DNA from: Octopus sinensis
Lineage: Eukaryota
Reading direction: 5' to 3'
NCBI RefSeq assembly: GCF_006345805.1
Contig: NC_043008.1
Span: forward strand, 47,182,001 to 47,246,000
DNA: 64,000 nucleotides
Shown here: positions 38,870-52,240 of the stretch, in pieces
How positions within the stretch are numbered: position 1 is the stretch's first letter
How the letters are laid out: each line of letters starts with the position of its first letter
Translations under genes and position numbers: made by a program
The notes under the pieces: model-generated
Told to the model about the DNA's origin: nothing
What the model saw: only the letters and a program-made list of their open reading frames with translations
The model's database searches: none

Positions 38870-39252
38870 TGTGTGGCTTTGTGGTAAAGCGATTATTTCC
38901 CAACTGCATGGTTTCGAGTTCAGTCATTGAGTGGCAGCTCCAGCAAGTGTACTCGGGCCTACAAAAGCCATGTTAGAGGGTTTGGTAGACGGACAACAAA
39001 AAGAGACCGTTGTGCATATGTATGTATGTATATGTGTCTGTGTGTGCATGTGCTTGCCTGTTTTTCAACCACCACTGATTGACGGCCAGTGTTGGTATGT
39101 TTACATACATGTAACTTAGCTGTTCAGTAAAAGAGATCGATTGAATAAGTATCAGGCATTAACAATATATGTATATACTAGAGTCTTTACCTTCATCTAA
39201 AGATTCTTCAGAGGGGTGCTCCAGCATAGTCGAGGCCTAATGGCTGAAACCG
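38870..39252 (+). mobile_element. SINE family A, degenerate
   Basis: gtggctttgtggtaaag...ggtttcgagttcagtc...gggtttggtagacgga...gtgctccagcatagtcg. Confidence 0.8.
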
Positions 39253-39266
39253 ATAGATAGATAGAC

Positions 39267-39309
<43 letters not shown>

Positions 39310-39607
39310 GAGTGAGTGAGAGAGGTGGGGAGAAACAGAGGGAGAGAGAGACAATTATGCAGATAAAAAATTAGACTGGAAGTATAACAGTTTGGGAACG
39401 AAATACTATATTTTGTATTTCTTACCTAAATTGTTTTTAATATGTCTAATTTTTTTATCTGCATAATTGCCTCTATATCTGCACAACATAATCCCCCTGA
39501 TAGCCATTTTTTTTTCTTGTGGAATTGATCGTCTGTAAAGACATCGGAGTCTAATTCTCACTACTAAGCGTCTTCTAGACTGAGAATCTCTAAATCTCAT
39601 CTGTAGG

Positions 39608-39676
<69 letters not shown>

Positions 39677-40061
39677 TGAACACACAAACACACATATATA
39701 ATAGATCAGGAGCCAAGTGAACCAGGCACTTAACGTCTCCATTAATCAAATAAAAATTCGTTAAAAACAACTGTAGTCGATTGGCACATTATCCATCTGT
39801 TATTTACTTGTTTATATATACATGTGTGTGTGTGTGTGTGTGTGTGAAAGGGTGTGAGTGTTAGATTTAAATTTAAACTGCATTTTGGATGCGTTCCTAG
39901 CAGTATGCCGGCAAAGCTCTTTCACTGTTAATGGCTATCTGGCGTCATCCACGGTAATTGCACAATCGCCGCTGGAGCTACGTTGAGAATTCCTTGGTGC
40001 ACGTTGAGCATAGCAGAAACAATTGATGCCGAAGCGAGAGTTTACTGGAAACTTTACTTAC

Positions 40062-40135
40062 CACAACGATCTTTTCGTCACATCCTACTTCACTCCCTTT
40101 TGGGACGGAAACTATACAATGAATTTCAATGTTCC
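40062..40135 (-). other. Candidate 74-nt spliced exon (unverified)
   Basis: cacctttgcactgtAG acceptor and GTG|GTAAGT donor; one open frame NIEIHCIVSVPKGSEVGCDEKIVV; no recognised homologue. Confidence 0.2.
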
Positions 40136-41169
40136 CTACAGTGCAAAGGTGAATTAACTTAGTTTTTTCTAACATTAGTAAAGTTTCGCACCTAAGCTTA
40201 AGTGGAGTCTGCAGATATTTGAAGATTTCGAGAAGGTTCCAGGGATAGTTGTACCCGCTGATAAAACCGCTAATCTTTACATTCCTCATTCTGGATAAAT
40301 CTGGTAATATTTACATCCTTGCTCAGTGTATTTTAGATTCGACTACTACGCAGAAAATCCACACATATTGTAACAATCCCTTACGTGTCTACCATTCAGT
40401 TCGTGTATTAGTTTGTGGAGACGGTGTTCATGTGTGTATGTGTAACTTGGAATATATCTTCAGAATGCACAAACAACCATAACATTAAACAAGCGTTTCA
40501 TCTTGTTTTGAAAATGCTATCGTGTATAATATACATACTGTTGGTGGTAAATGTGTAAGCGTTTGGCATGTGTTTATGTTTTTCTTTTGTATTTAAAGCA
40601 GTGTAATCCTTAACTGGTTTATACCAGTATCAGATAAGATCTTAATCCGAATAAACAGAGGTGGTCCTCGGTGATTATAAGAAGATGAACACAATGGTTA
40701 AATCTGCATCGATAGATTCTTTAGTTTTAAATTCATTTATGGGGAATAATGACTTTGATGTCAGCTGTGAAATATACTGAAAATATTGTTATTGCAGCTT
40801 TGTGTTATGTATTAAGCGAAGCCTTATTAAGCATAGTTCTATATGACGAGAAATATCTTAGATATCTTCATACACCTAAGATATTCGGTATTACTTCATT
40901 CTCTTAAAAGCAATCAATCACAAATACCATATACATGGAGAAAAATATTTACTCGGCTTATAGAAATAAAATGGTTGTATGTAAACATAAAGAGAAGTAT
41001 AATGTGGTGTAAAGCACCATTTCATTAAATCTTAGGCATATAGCAGCATATGTTTGGTCTTTAATGCAACATGTTATACGAATTTGCCTTTCAAATGTTA
41101 TAGAAAAGTACTGCGTTTTCACAACCATTATGCAGAAAACCTTTTAAATAAACCCTAAGGATAATAAAT

Positions 41170-41620
41170 AGAAGTTTTAATTAACCCCGAGGATAACAAA
41201 TAGAAATTGTTTAATCAGCCCCACCGCTGTCTTTCGTAAATTACCTGTAAGGCAATATAAACAATTGAAACAGGTTCTTCTTAATGGGTTTAACCGAGAA
41301 CATTTCGAAATCTTCATAAACCTATGACCTATCATTGCTGTCGAAACGTACTTGCAAAAAGAAAAAAAAAAGTTCCTACGCATCCACTCCAGGCGAGTTT
41401 GTCTTACAAATAATAAGCACCCACATATACAATAATATCTGCATAATTTCATGAAGACACTCGTTGCCTTACGGAGATATCTCCATTCCTCTTTGAATTG
41501 CAATTTTTCTATGTTCAAACCGATTGTTCTGATATTGATATTTTGGATCTTTTGAATTTCCTTTACCTTCAAGAAACACTGGTAATACAAGAAACCAAAT
41601 GAATAGGTATTTCCGAAATT
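41170..41620 (-). mobile_element. Penelope-like GIY-YIG remnant
   Basis: SVFMKLCRYYCICGCLLFVRQTRL...STAMIGH resembles VIY-F-C-CG--YIGQT-R-L..H. Confidence 0.5.
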
Positions 41621-42116
41621 CAACTAGTAAAACATATCGATGTGTGAATGTTATGTGCTTTGATATTTCTCTAAGTATGTTTCCATTAAATAATCGTTAC
41701 AAACACGTTACAACTGATGATTAAAGAGTAACTTTCAAACGAGACCAAAAATATTTCAGTAAAATAGTTTTAAAACATTTTACTATATTATAAACAATCC
41801 AAATACTGTCGAAGTTTTCTCACCCACCGACGCTCCAATGATTTTCGGGAGAAACAGAACTTTACATGTGTATATAACTGAGAAACTTAGTGAACATTAT
41901 AGTCACAGGGACTTTCTTGGGTGATACTGAAGCTGACATGTGTAGATGCATTCTAAGAGGTGCGTACGTAATAACCAGACATGGACGAATTAAAACAAAA
42001 TTTTAATTCATCATGGCAGAATATTTCATCATTAAAAGTTTTGAATACCGCAACAAGCAATAGGCGTAATGGTCTTATTGTGATGTGTGCTAAACGGAGG
42101 AGAAAAATGAATGGAA

Positions 42117-42938
42117 AATAAGTATTCTGGCTGTTGCCATAGTAACTAGCTAAATCACTCAGAGTAAAGCCGCTTCCCACTGATTCATGCGCTCTACGTT
42201 TTAACGTTCCAGCTCACTTCCGCTGTTTACAGCAGTGCTTGGAAGGAAGGTGTGTAGCGTGTGATCACCGCATTGACCATGGTAGACAAAGTTGCCATGC
42301 CGATACCTGCTCAGAGGCCTACGTACAGTTACAGAAAGTGTATGGAGAGGAGTGTATGAGGCGCTCACAAGTGTATGAGTTGCTCAGATGTGTTCTCAGA
42401 TGACCGAAAATATGTCGGTATTGACGAACGTTCTGGGAGACCTGCAACCAGCGGAACTGAGAAAAACATTGCATGTGTGTATGCAGCAATGAGAGGAAAT
42501 CTTCGAATCATCATCCGTGAGTTATCAGGGGATGTGGAGATTATTTACGGTTCAGTTTAGTCTATTATCATTGAAGACTTGGGTATGAGACACCAGTCTG
42601 ATAAGTTTCTGCCAAAACCGCTTTCAACTGACTAAAAACACACTCGGGTTTCAGTTTCACAAGACTTCGTTCACTTTTGAGAAGGATAACTTTTTGTATC
42701 GCCAAGATTTTGGAAAAGATTTGCTGCAGATTCTCTGCTCAACTTTGGTCAATACGACGATCACACGCTATTCGCTACATACCAAGCACCAAAACTTCCA
42801 AGCACTGCTGCAAAGAGAAGTGAACCTAGAGTGCATCCACAGCAGAGTTCGAGATCAATCTGTACGAAACAGCTTCACTCTGTTTCCGTTAAATTCGTTA
42901 CTATGGCAACAGACCGGATGCTTATTGATCAGACCACG
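42117..42938 (+). mobile_element. Mariner deletion derivative (HTH half retained, catalytic domain lost)
   Basis: EAYVQLQKVYGEECMRRSQVYE; DERSGRPATS; LRIIIRELS; EDLGMRH..KF.PK. TIRs aataagtattctggctgttgccatagtaac (42117) and its revcomp ending accacg|ta (42938). Confidence 0.88.
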
Positions 42939-43059
42939 TACCAGGAGAAAAATCTCAACATTTACCATAAGTTAGGTTGCAAGGTATCTACATATTACGG
43001 TGACTGTTTAGATAGACCTAGTTGAACTATATACATATAGTTGAACTAAATGCATACGA

Positions 43060-43345
43060 TCATACCACAGCCCCACACCGACGCACACTTCTGCAACTCT
43101 TCTGGACGGTCTCCTTCATTAAGTTGGTGAATACAGCCATAATGCTTGCCTTCATTTCATCCTTGGTGTTACAATGAGTTATGTTGATCTCTCGCTCAGC
43201 TGCGCCCCACACATAATAGTCAAGGGAGCTCCAGTCTGGCGAGTTAGGTGGGCAGATGTTAGGGGTGATGTGGTCGCAGGAATTGTCTGAAGCCATGGCT
43301 TGGTTCGCCTGACTGTGTGATGAGGTATGGCTAGTCTTCAACCAT
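43060..43345 (-). mobile_element. Tc1/mariner (maT-like) transposase C-terminal fragment
   Basis: CPPNSPDWSSLDYYVWGAAEREIN..HCNTKDEMKASI matches WPPNSPDLNPLDYYVWG. Confidence 0.8.
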
Positions 43346-44089
43346 TAGGGTCTGCATGAGAGTTCGATTGAAGAGAGACGATGATTACTACTGGACGTTG
43401 GCCTGCGACTAGTTGAGAATGGTCACTGGGTATAACAGTTTGATGTTGCTATTTCATCGACAACAATTATTTGGAAAATACCGCCTGTTGAACAGGAAAT
43501 CGACCACGTGGTGGACAAGTGATCGGCCGAGTGATTGGAGGGAGGTAGAAAGGGGTTAGATGTGCCGGTATATGTGTATATATGTACATGAAAATGTCCA
43601 TATATCTGGGTGTATGCATCTGTACTTAAACAAGTATGTATGTGTGCTTGGATGTACATTCACACAACCGTACGCGCGCACACATACACAAACACGCACA
43701 GATACGCATGGAGTCACACGCACACGCCTATACACATATGAACGGACGCGTGCACACCTTTATCTTCATGTACATATAAACACGGGCACACGCACACGCG
43801 TGTACAGACAAGTATGCACGTGTACATACACGTACACGTACGGGTGCACATTTATGTAGGCGCGCACGCCTGGTGCATACATCCGTGCGTATGCAAACGG
43901 TGAACAGATACATATGCAGAATCAGGCACCTGCTCGTGCACACATATACTCGAGTGGTCATACACAAGGGGTGACGTACACGGGGTGAGAGTATGCAGGT
44001 AGAGGGGCATGGAGAAATGTCGGAGACTGGTGATTTACGGTGCTGTTCATGGGGGTTAATTTGTGATGGTTACTTTGGTGCAGGTGCTT

Positions 44090-44420
44090 CTAGGGATGGA
44101 TGGCACTAAGGAAGTATATCCGGGTGGTCGGTGGCCAATGGCTTAGATTTACCAGAGGGGTGTTTCTGTGGTGACAGTGATACGATACTTCATATTTCTT
44201 GATGGATACTGCGGATGGGTAGATGATATGCAGTTTCTCGCGGAGGCACAGCTGGTAATTAGGGGTGAGAGTAAATATAGTGGCACCCTTTCGATAATGG
44301 TCCACTTGATGCTAGGTGTTTCATCTCGTAGGTCACGAAGACTCCAGAGAAAGCGCAACAGGGAAATGGAGTTCCTTTTGTCTCTGGATCTAAATGAATG
44401 CAAGTGCTTGGACTATCCCC
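44090..44420 (-). mobile_element. Penelope-like GIY-YIG C-terminus
   Basis: HSFRSRDKRNSISLLRFLWSLRD...IKWTIIE and QLCLREKLHII...EVSYHCHHRN match H--SF...NST-LS---W...IKW-II; C-LCL-EK; CRH-NK. Confidence 0.75.
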
Positions 44421-44763
44421 TCTCGAAGAAAGTAGGAGAAATCGATAGACAGACAGGAAGAGAGAAAGAGTGTGTGAACAATAAATTGGTAGATATAGGG
44501 TTGCTCTATAATACCCAGGACACCTTTTTTAATATATGAAAAGAGTTAGACGATTTAGTTTCTACACATTGGAATTCCAGTCAATCGTGTTTTTATGGAA
44601 ACCAGTGAAACATTATTATACTGAAATTAATTATTGGGATCATAAAAGATTGAATCTTTCATGGGAAAATGTCACCTAAGCGATTTATTTTTCTATTCTT
44701 ATATTCCTGTTATGGCACGCAGACAGATTAAAAATCTAACAAAAATAAAATAGTTGAAAATTA

Positions 44764-44798
<35 letters not shown>

Positions 44799-46149
44799 GT
44801 GTGTGTGTCTGTATGTTTGCTTTGTATAGAATGGCAAGACGATTAGCTTCAGGTTAAAGTACAATGTCTATAAAATATGATTCCTAAAAAGCCTGAAGAG
44901 GATTATTGTGTTATTTTAGGTAACGGCAGATAAGTGAAAATTCAGAGTCATTCTAGATATACGAAAATAACTTCGCATCGTAATTTAAATTATTGAAGAC
45001 ATTAAAATACTGTGTTATTGTATATAGTTCTATGTTTAAAATACAGACATGTTGTTAAGTTGCTTATTAGTAATTTCAATTCGAATGAAAGTGTTTGATT
45101 ATGAATTCATGTAATTATATTTTTCCTACGTTACCTTGTTAACTGCATCTCAGATTATGAATTATAACATTGATGCATCAGTATATCATTTTATAATACC
45201 AGTACATATTAGTTATGCTTGCATAGTATTTGTTTAATTCCATCCTTTGCATAGCAATAATATAATAATTTGATATGTCCAAAAGTTTATCCTTTGTCGA
45301 GTCCATAAATGATTCATTCATAGACCTCGCAAACTCTAAACTTGATATGCCTACTGTAGCAAGTGAAAGTACACAAATACCATCAGTGCTTTTCAAATAC
45401 GTTAATAGCATAGTTTCATCTTGTATTCTAAAACTGTTTCATATTTTAGACTTAGGAAACCAGTCACTGACTGGAACATTCTTTCAGATAAATGAACCAA
45501 TTCTACCTATGAAATAAGTCCCAATTTATGTTATAGTTCTTTGAAAGAATAAAAGCATTCAGCTAAAACATGTTATTGTGTGATATTAAATTCACAGAAA
45601 AGAGTGTATAGCGCATCAGATGAAAATTAGTCTCTTTTATGTAAGCCAAAATATAATCTACACATGCTACTCAATGTGTGTACAGCCATTGCAAAAATCA
45701 CGGGATTCAAATTCGGTGATTATTGCCATTAACGGTTATCGTTGTTGTTTCAGCATTAGGTATTAATGGTATTTCGCAGTGAAGTGTTGAAATGCGCAGA
45801 GACAGAGAATGTGATAAACTAAATATCCTGCATTCCGTGGAGAGTCACTAAGCCATTAATCCTTGCAAGTATGATCAAATGTGTATCAACCAAAAGCTTG
45901 ATTACATCATTTGATTAAATCATGTCCAGCACAGATTGCTGTAATGATAATGGTATGGCAGGATGAGTAAAACGAATAAAATGGTTTCAGTAATTCAGTA
46001 TGTGGTTGTTTCTTTTTTCATCCCTGTAACTTCCCATTTCGCATTCTTTTACACTAAAGTCTTTTCTGATAAACCTCAACCTATAGGAAGTAAGGTTTAC
46101 AGATTCATGGGGTGGAATATTTCAGTAAAGAAATAATAATTTGTAAGTT

Positions 46150-46410
46150 ACCATTCAACGTAAAATTCTATCAATGAGGAGGTCCTTCGTAAGAGGCAGA
46201 CCAGCACGCCATACGATGTCTTCGTTCCTGATCTTCTTAAAGAGAAGGATATTCATAATTCTTATCAGCAGTCTCATCATATACGCATGCAACGTGTCTG
46301 TCTGATCGCTATAGACTGTCCAGTTTGAACTCCATACAGAAGGGAAGACAGCACTATAGCCTGATATACCTTACATTTGACACGTATAGAAATCTTATAG
46401 AAACCTTGAG
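46150..46410 (-). mobile_element. RTE-clade LINE fragment
   Basis: SIRVKCKVYQAIVLSSLLYG..., RLLIRIMNI..KIRNEDIVWRAGLP. Confidence 0.7.
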
Positions 46411-47185
46411 AAAATGTCTGGAAATCTAAAAAAGGGTGTCTTATAGATAGGGGTGGCATATGTAGTTAAATGAATGAGTTGTAAAGTGTAATCACACGAA
46501 GACAATGTTACATCAACGCTTCAAGACACATCAGCATTTCCATGGAAGAAACATGCAACTGACAATTAGGGTCAGGAAATGCTCGACTGTTTCTTAACGT
46601 AAGAGGTCGGCAATATAAGGAATATATTCTAGATCACTCACGACGAGAGTACAGGAAAAATTGTCAAATACGTTACACAGAAATTATTTTCAACTAAAAT
46701 AAAATATATGAATCTAAAATATTATAGCATATACATGAAACTATAGTACAAAATACCTTAACAGAAACCTGCTAAAAAACGATAAGTATTATATATATAT
46801 ATATATTATTATTATTACGACCTGGTGGTGGCCATAACCCGAATTTAAAGAATCAACGTTAATAGGATGAATTCAACACAGACATCATAGCATTAATTAT
46901 TTTGTAAACTATTAATAGTCAGCATAAAAACAGCTTACATACAAACAGATATATACACAAACAAACAGCAACTGCTACACAAAACGTGCAGACAAAAGTT
47001 ACGAAGGTAACATATATTGACAGTTCAGAAATTCGAACTCGGCATCCTGGTTTTTGGTTTCACCAAAATTAGCCTCACAGAAATTTGGTTTTTCAAAACA
47101 TATGCATTCCAAAAATTTTTGACTTCATAAAACCTGTCTTCCAATAATTCGGAGTTCAACGTTGGGATTCGAACCTTGAACATAA

Positions 47186-48671
47186 ACACCCACGGGTTAT
47201 CAAAGCGTTGGCTCCGGTCATCTGCGAGCCCTTAACACGTCTATTCAATATGTCATTGGCGACGGGTGTTATACCTGCGGACTGGAGAACAGCGATAATC
47301 TGCCCAATTTTCAAGAAAGGGAGCCGCGAAGACCCGCTTAACTACCGACCGGTTTCCCTTACGTCAATAATCAGCAAGATGTTCGAAACCATCCTTAAGA
47401 AACGTATGATGCTCCACCTCCAAAACACAGCCTCTATCTCTGATTCCCAACACGGCTTCGTGCCGAAGAGATCATGCTTGACCAACTTACTGGTGATGGA
47501 AGAATTGGTGACGCGCATCCTCGATGATAGTGATGCTGTTGACATCGTTTTATTAGACTTTGCCAAAGCTTTTGACTCGGTAAACCACCGCCTATTACTT
47601 GTCAAGCTTCAAGCATATAGTTTCTATCCAGATATTGTACGATGGGTTGGTGCCTTCCTCTCAGATCGCTCCTTCCAAGTCCAAGTTAATGGTTCGCGGT
47701 CCGACGTCTCCAGTGCGAGCAGTGGCGTGCCTCAAGGTTCAGTGCTTGGACCCTTATTGTTCTTAGTCTTCATAAATGACTTGCCCGACGACCTCACGCA
47801 ACACACCCTTCTATTTGCCGACGATATCAAACTGGTCGCTCCTCGCGGTGATATAGATGATCTTCGTCGATGCCTCCACCAAATTTGGAAGTGGTCTAAC
47901 GAATGGGACCTGTGTCTGAACGTGTCAAAGTGCTGTCATCTGCCTGTTGACTCTCCTCCTGCAACTCAACTTGATTTCGAGCCGGGTCGTCTGCTGCTGG
48001 AGAGGACCGATCAGGTAAAGGACCTGGGTATCTTGGTGGATTCCTCCTTTTCGCCTTCGGCCCAGTGCGTCCATGCTGCCAACAAAGCACGCGGAAATCT
48101 GTTCTTGATTCGACGGTCATTCGGAATGCTCACAGCAGCCATATTCCTACCACTCTATGTCACGCTGGTGAGACCCATTTTGGAGTATGGGATTCAAGCC
48201 TCTTCTCCTTATCTCCTCAAAGACATACAGCATCTCGAAAGAGTCCACAAGCTGGCTACTCGCATGGTTCATGGTCTCAAAAATTTGTCTTATGAAGAAA
48301 GGACGCTCGACCTTTATTCTCTTGAAAAACGCCGCAGCCGTGGTGATCTCATTCTCGCCCACAACATCATAAGCGGAAAGTGTAACCTCTCGAAAGAGCT
48401 GTTCTTCACTCCTGCTCCAGGGCGTCGGCTGCGGGGTCATTCCGAAAAGCTCTACCTGCGACGATTTCATGTCAATCGAAGGAGAGGAGCTTTCTCCGTC
48501 CGGGTTGCGGATCCGTGGAACAAGCTGCCAGACGAGATGTGAAGATGCCGACGACCGCTTTGTTCAAAGCCTCCCTTGACCTCAAGTGGCCTGAACTCTT
48601 TACATGAACACCACCCTGAACTTAACTCCATGTCCCCCTACATGGCCTTGCTATTTGCTTTTGAGCCAAAT

Positions 48672-48704
<33 letters not shown>
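47186..48704 (+). mobile_element. CR1-type LINE, 5'-truncated, with 444-aa RT ORF (47208-48542), (CTAA)n tail and 7-bp TSD
   Basis: NYRPVSLTS, QHGFVPKRSCLTNL, LDFAKAFDSVNH, SGVPQGSVLGPLLF, LFADDIKL, RLRGH. Tail (ctaa)n 48672-48704; aacataa at 47179-47185 and 48705-48711. Confidence 0.95.
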
Positions 48705-48707
<3 letters not shown>

Positions 48708-48928
48708 ATAATTAAATCTAATGTCAAAGCACCCATTTAAAAGTTCATGACACAAAACGGCTGCCAGACTACATCAATAATTATAGTTAAAAAATAGAAT
48801 TGTCAAACAAGCTAGTTTGCTTTAAATTCACACACAACTGCTTCATACAAGCAGCTGAATAACCATTAGACAAAATTTACATTTAGTTGTCTAATACAAA
48901 AATTGGCTACATGAAAAAATTAAATTCA

Positions 48929-49283
48929 GGATATTTTCGGTTTGAACGGCAGTTTTTTAAAAAAAATTCAAGTAGCTAAACACTTTTAAACTTCGTATAC
49001 TGGTAGAATGTGTTTATAAAACATCTTTTTCTCTTGGCTTTATTGAGAAAATGCTATAGTTTGTGAGATATTTGTTGTTTTTTTTCTTCAATTTCTGAAA
49101 TTCCAACCAATCAATGACGTGTATTGAGGTGAAAACATTCTGTGCCGTATGAATATGTCCCTCGTTTAAGAAACAGATTGGGTTTATTGATATTTGTGAA
49201 GAAAAAAAGATACTCTCATAATTATGGGTGACAATTTCATATGACACAGCTAGAAAAAACTGCCGTTCAAACCGAAAAGATCC
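48929..49283. mobile_element. MITE (355 bp) with 30-bp TIRs and TTAA-type target (Kolobok-like termini)
   Basis: Left ttca|ggatattttcggtttgaacggcagtttttt; right aaaaaactgccgttcaaaccgaaaagatcc|ttaa; one mismatch. Confidence 0.85.
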
Positions 49284-49786
49284 TTAAATTCATTCACCGT
49301 TTTAGCTATTTATACAAATTTTAACATTTATCTTAACAGAAAATAGCTAGCAAAATGACCACAACCTATCACAAATGCAGGGTTCAAAATTCACATAAAT
49401 AATATTATATAACATAACTTAAAATATGTTTGTACTCACTCAGATGTGACACAGAAATTATTTTGAACCTGATAAAAGTTCTGGCGAATTCCTGGTGCAT
49501 AAAATAAATCCATAAATGCCTAACAAAAAGCACATAAACTAAACAGGCAATCATAATTTCCAGAATCCAATTGAACAACTTTGTCTCACAAAATAAATAG
49601 TCACAAAAAAAACTGATGGTGGGGGGGGTTATCTCTGTTTAAAAAGTTTGCCAGTGTCTAGCCAAGTTGTCATAGTTTCACTATTTTGGCTAATAACTAT
49701 AGCGTCTGCCCATTTTAACAATGGATTTCACCCTTACAGCGCAGCATGAAAACTGTTTTCCTGTTTAATATATTATATAAAATCCG

Positions 49787-50006
49787 AAGGCGGCGAACTG
49801 ACAGAATCGTGAAATGCGTAGCCGTATTTCGTCTGCCGCTACGTTCTGAGTTCAAATTCTGCTGAGGTCGACTTTGCCTTTCATCCTTTCGGGGTCGATA
49901 AATTAAGTACCAATTACGCACTGGGGATCGATGTAATCGACTTAATCCCTTTGTCTGTCCTTGTTTGTCCCCTCTGTGTTTAGCCCCTTGTGGGTAGTAA
50001 AGAAAT
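49787..50006 (+). mobile_element. SINE family B with 19-bp TSD
   Basis: atatattatataaaatccg at 49768-49786 and 50007-50025 flank aaggcggcgaactgacagaatcg...gggtagtaaagaaat. Confidence 0.92.
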
Positions 50007-50295
50007 ATATATTATATAAAATCCGTTCTGTCTGTGTGTGTGTCTCTTCTAGGATCTCGGGTATCCTCCATCTCATTGGGCTCAAATTTGATATGTAGAT
50101 ACCGACGATATCAGGGCGTATATAAGTCTTTAAAAAATTACAAAAAATCGATTCCACGTGAGAATGCGATCGATAAAGCCGTGGGAACGTGTATTTGTAT
50201 GCGCAAGTATATCAGCTGTTGCGATCGATACTACGCGTACGCGAGAAAACTGCACGTGCAGTTTGCGCAAAAAAGCCGACTGGCTTGAAATAATA
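50007..50295 (+). mobile_element. Non-autonomous Helitron-like element (5' end interrupted by the SINE)
   Basis: (TA)n-AAAA then (GT)n start like the 20868 element; no clear CTAG end. Confidence 0.45.
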
Positions 50296-50779
50296 TAAAC
50301 TTATTATTGTCCCAGGTACGTTCTCATAATTTCATCATGCCTTTCCATCTAGATTTACCTCCAGGTAACCCATTTGCATGCATCGTTTTTGTCCTGCATT
50401 TCTTCCGTCAACCTGTACATAACTGCACTTTCCAGTTTTAGTTGTTTTGTACTGCTTAAAGGCACGTTTCTTTCCTGACAAGCCCACTATTTAAACCATG
50501 TTTGTGTTCTCCCAGTCAACAGACTTATCATTACTGGTACTTTAAACTCTTCAGTTGCATATTTGTGTGAATAAAATCGTTTTTCTTTGGAATAGAAAAA
50601 AACCTCTATCTTTATTTCTTCTTTTGCTGGTGTCTCAAATTTAGGTTAAATTAATGTTTCTCAAAGGTGGGGGGCGAAGGGACGGTCGGACAAGTTGTTT
50701 TGAGAAAATTTGGTTTAAATGTTTGACAACTCAGCACCGTCCATTGGACGGGGAGCGTTTGTAATTTATAATTTACTAA

Positions 50780-50826
<47 letters not shown>

Positions 50827-52188
50827 CGTGTATCAGTAGCACTTGTGTTAAGAAAATTCTTTTCCTTACAAAAGTAATTGAAACTGCATTCTGCTGTTGT
50901 TACAACTGCTAAAACCACTAATATACAAGATATTTTCAAGGAAAGTTCTTTCAACTGATTAAATATTTTTTTATCATATTTTACATTCCTTCGCCACCAT
51001 TCTATCTGATATTCGTTCGATATCAATTTGACGAAGTTTGACACGAAAGTCCCTTTCGAAATTTTAGTTGGCTGAAATTAATTCTATTTTCATTTTTCTG
51101 TTTTGGCTTTCTTTTTCACCAATGTCTTCAAACACCAGTAATGTATCCCAATTTCCTGCTATCTAGAATTTCTATCAATATTTACTAGATACACGATGTT
51201 TTGAATGACATTTCGGTTTTCAATTATAATGATAAAAAGTGAGCACAATTTCGAAAGAAGGCGAGAAAATGGATTAAGTAATGTGAAAGAGCTTTTGATA
51301 TTAACCGGAATACAGTCGACGTGTGACTGGAAAACTAAATTGTAAAACGTTATGTTTTATTTCACAGAGGAACCTGTTTAATATAATTCGAAATTCTAGA
51401 AATAGTTTTATAAAACATTATAGAACTTCAATATCCACAATAATTCCTTGAAATATAAGATGTCAATTTTACGCAGCTGTACAATGTTTTGAATATCAGA
51501 AACCTGCCTGATATAATGTTGCTAAAGGGTTCATGCAACTAACAAGTATAAGCACAAGAGGAATTATAATACGCCACAGAGAATGCAACATGTGTGTAAA
51601 GGAAACCTAATACTTCTTTATACAAACATACAAAATGTCGAAATATGCTGAAACGTAGAGAAGAAAGAAGCAATTAAAATTATTGCAACATACTGCTACA
51701 CCAACACAAAAGACCTTTCTTAGCCATAATTATGATTACGATAATTGGAAGAAATCTAGAGTTCAAGGACCACGATGATTTCTTGAAGCAACTGCAACAA
51801 TAATTTTATTGGTCTATAAGAAGTACTTTTGAAACTGGGGAACAATGAATTTAATCATTGCACGCCTGAAACTATAATACCAAATCAAAAAGAAATGAAC
51901 TCCGGAAATACACATATTTTATATTTTCAATAGATTTCAATACAAGTTTTACATATTGGAGCAGATGACAATAAACGAAGTGAATTCAACAATGTTCTTA
52001 GTAATTGGTGAGATAAATAAAAACAATGGCGTTCTCGGTAATTGCTATAATCCTGTGGCTAAGAAAATGTATAGTTAAATCGTTTAGTGAGCTTTTTTTA
52101 TTTGATTATGGTAGATTTACAGTGTTGATGCTATACAATAACGCGTATACATACAAACATGTGCCATTCTACACACACACACACACAC

Positions 52189-52240
<52 letters not shown>

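Noticed and set aside
50330-50560. Possible RTE linker fragment (KKRAFKQYK), and an APE-like IKIIATY at ~51680
   Set aside because: Single short motifs, too degenerate to support a call.
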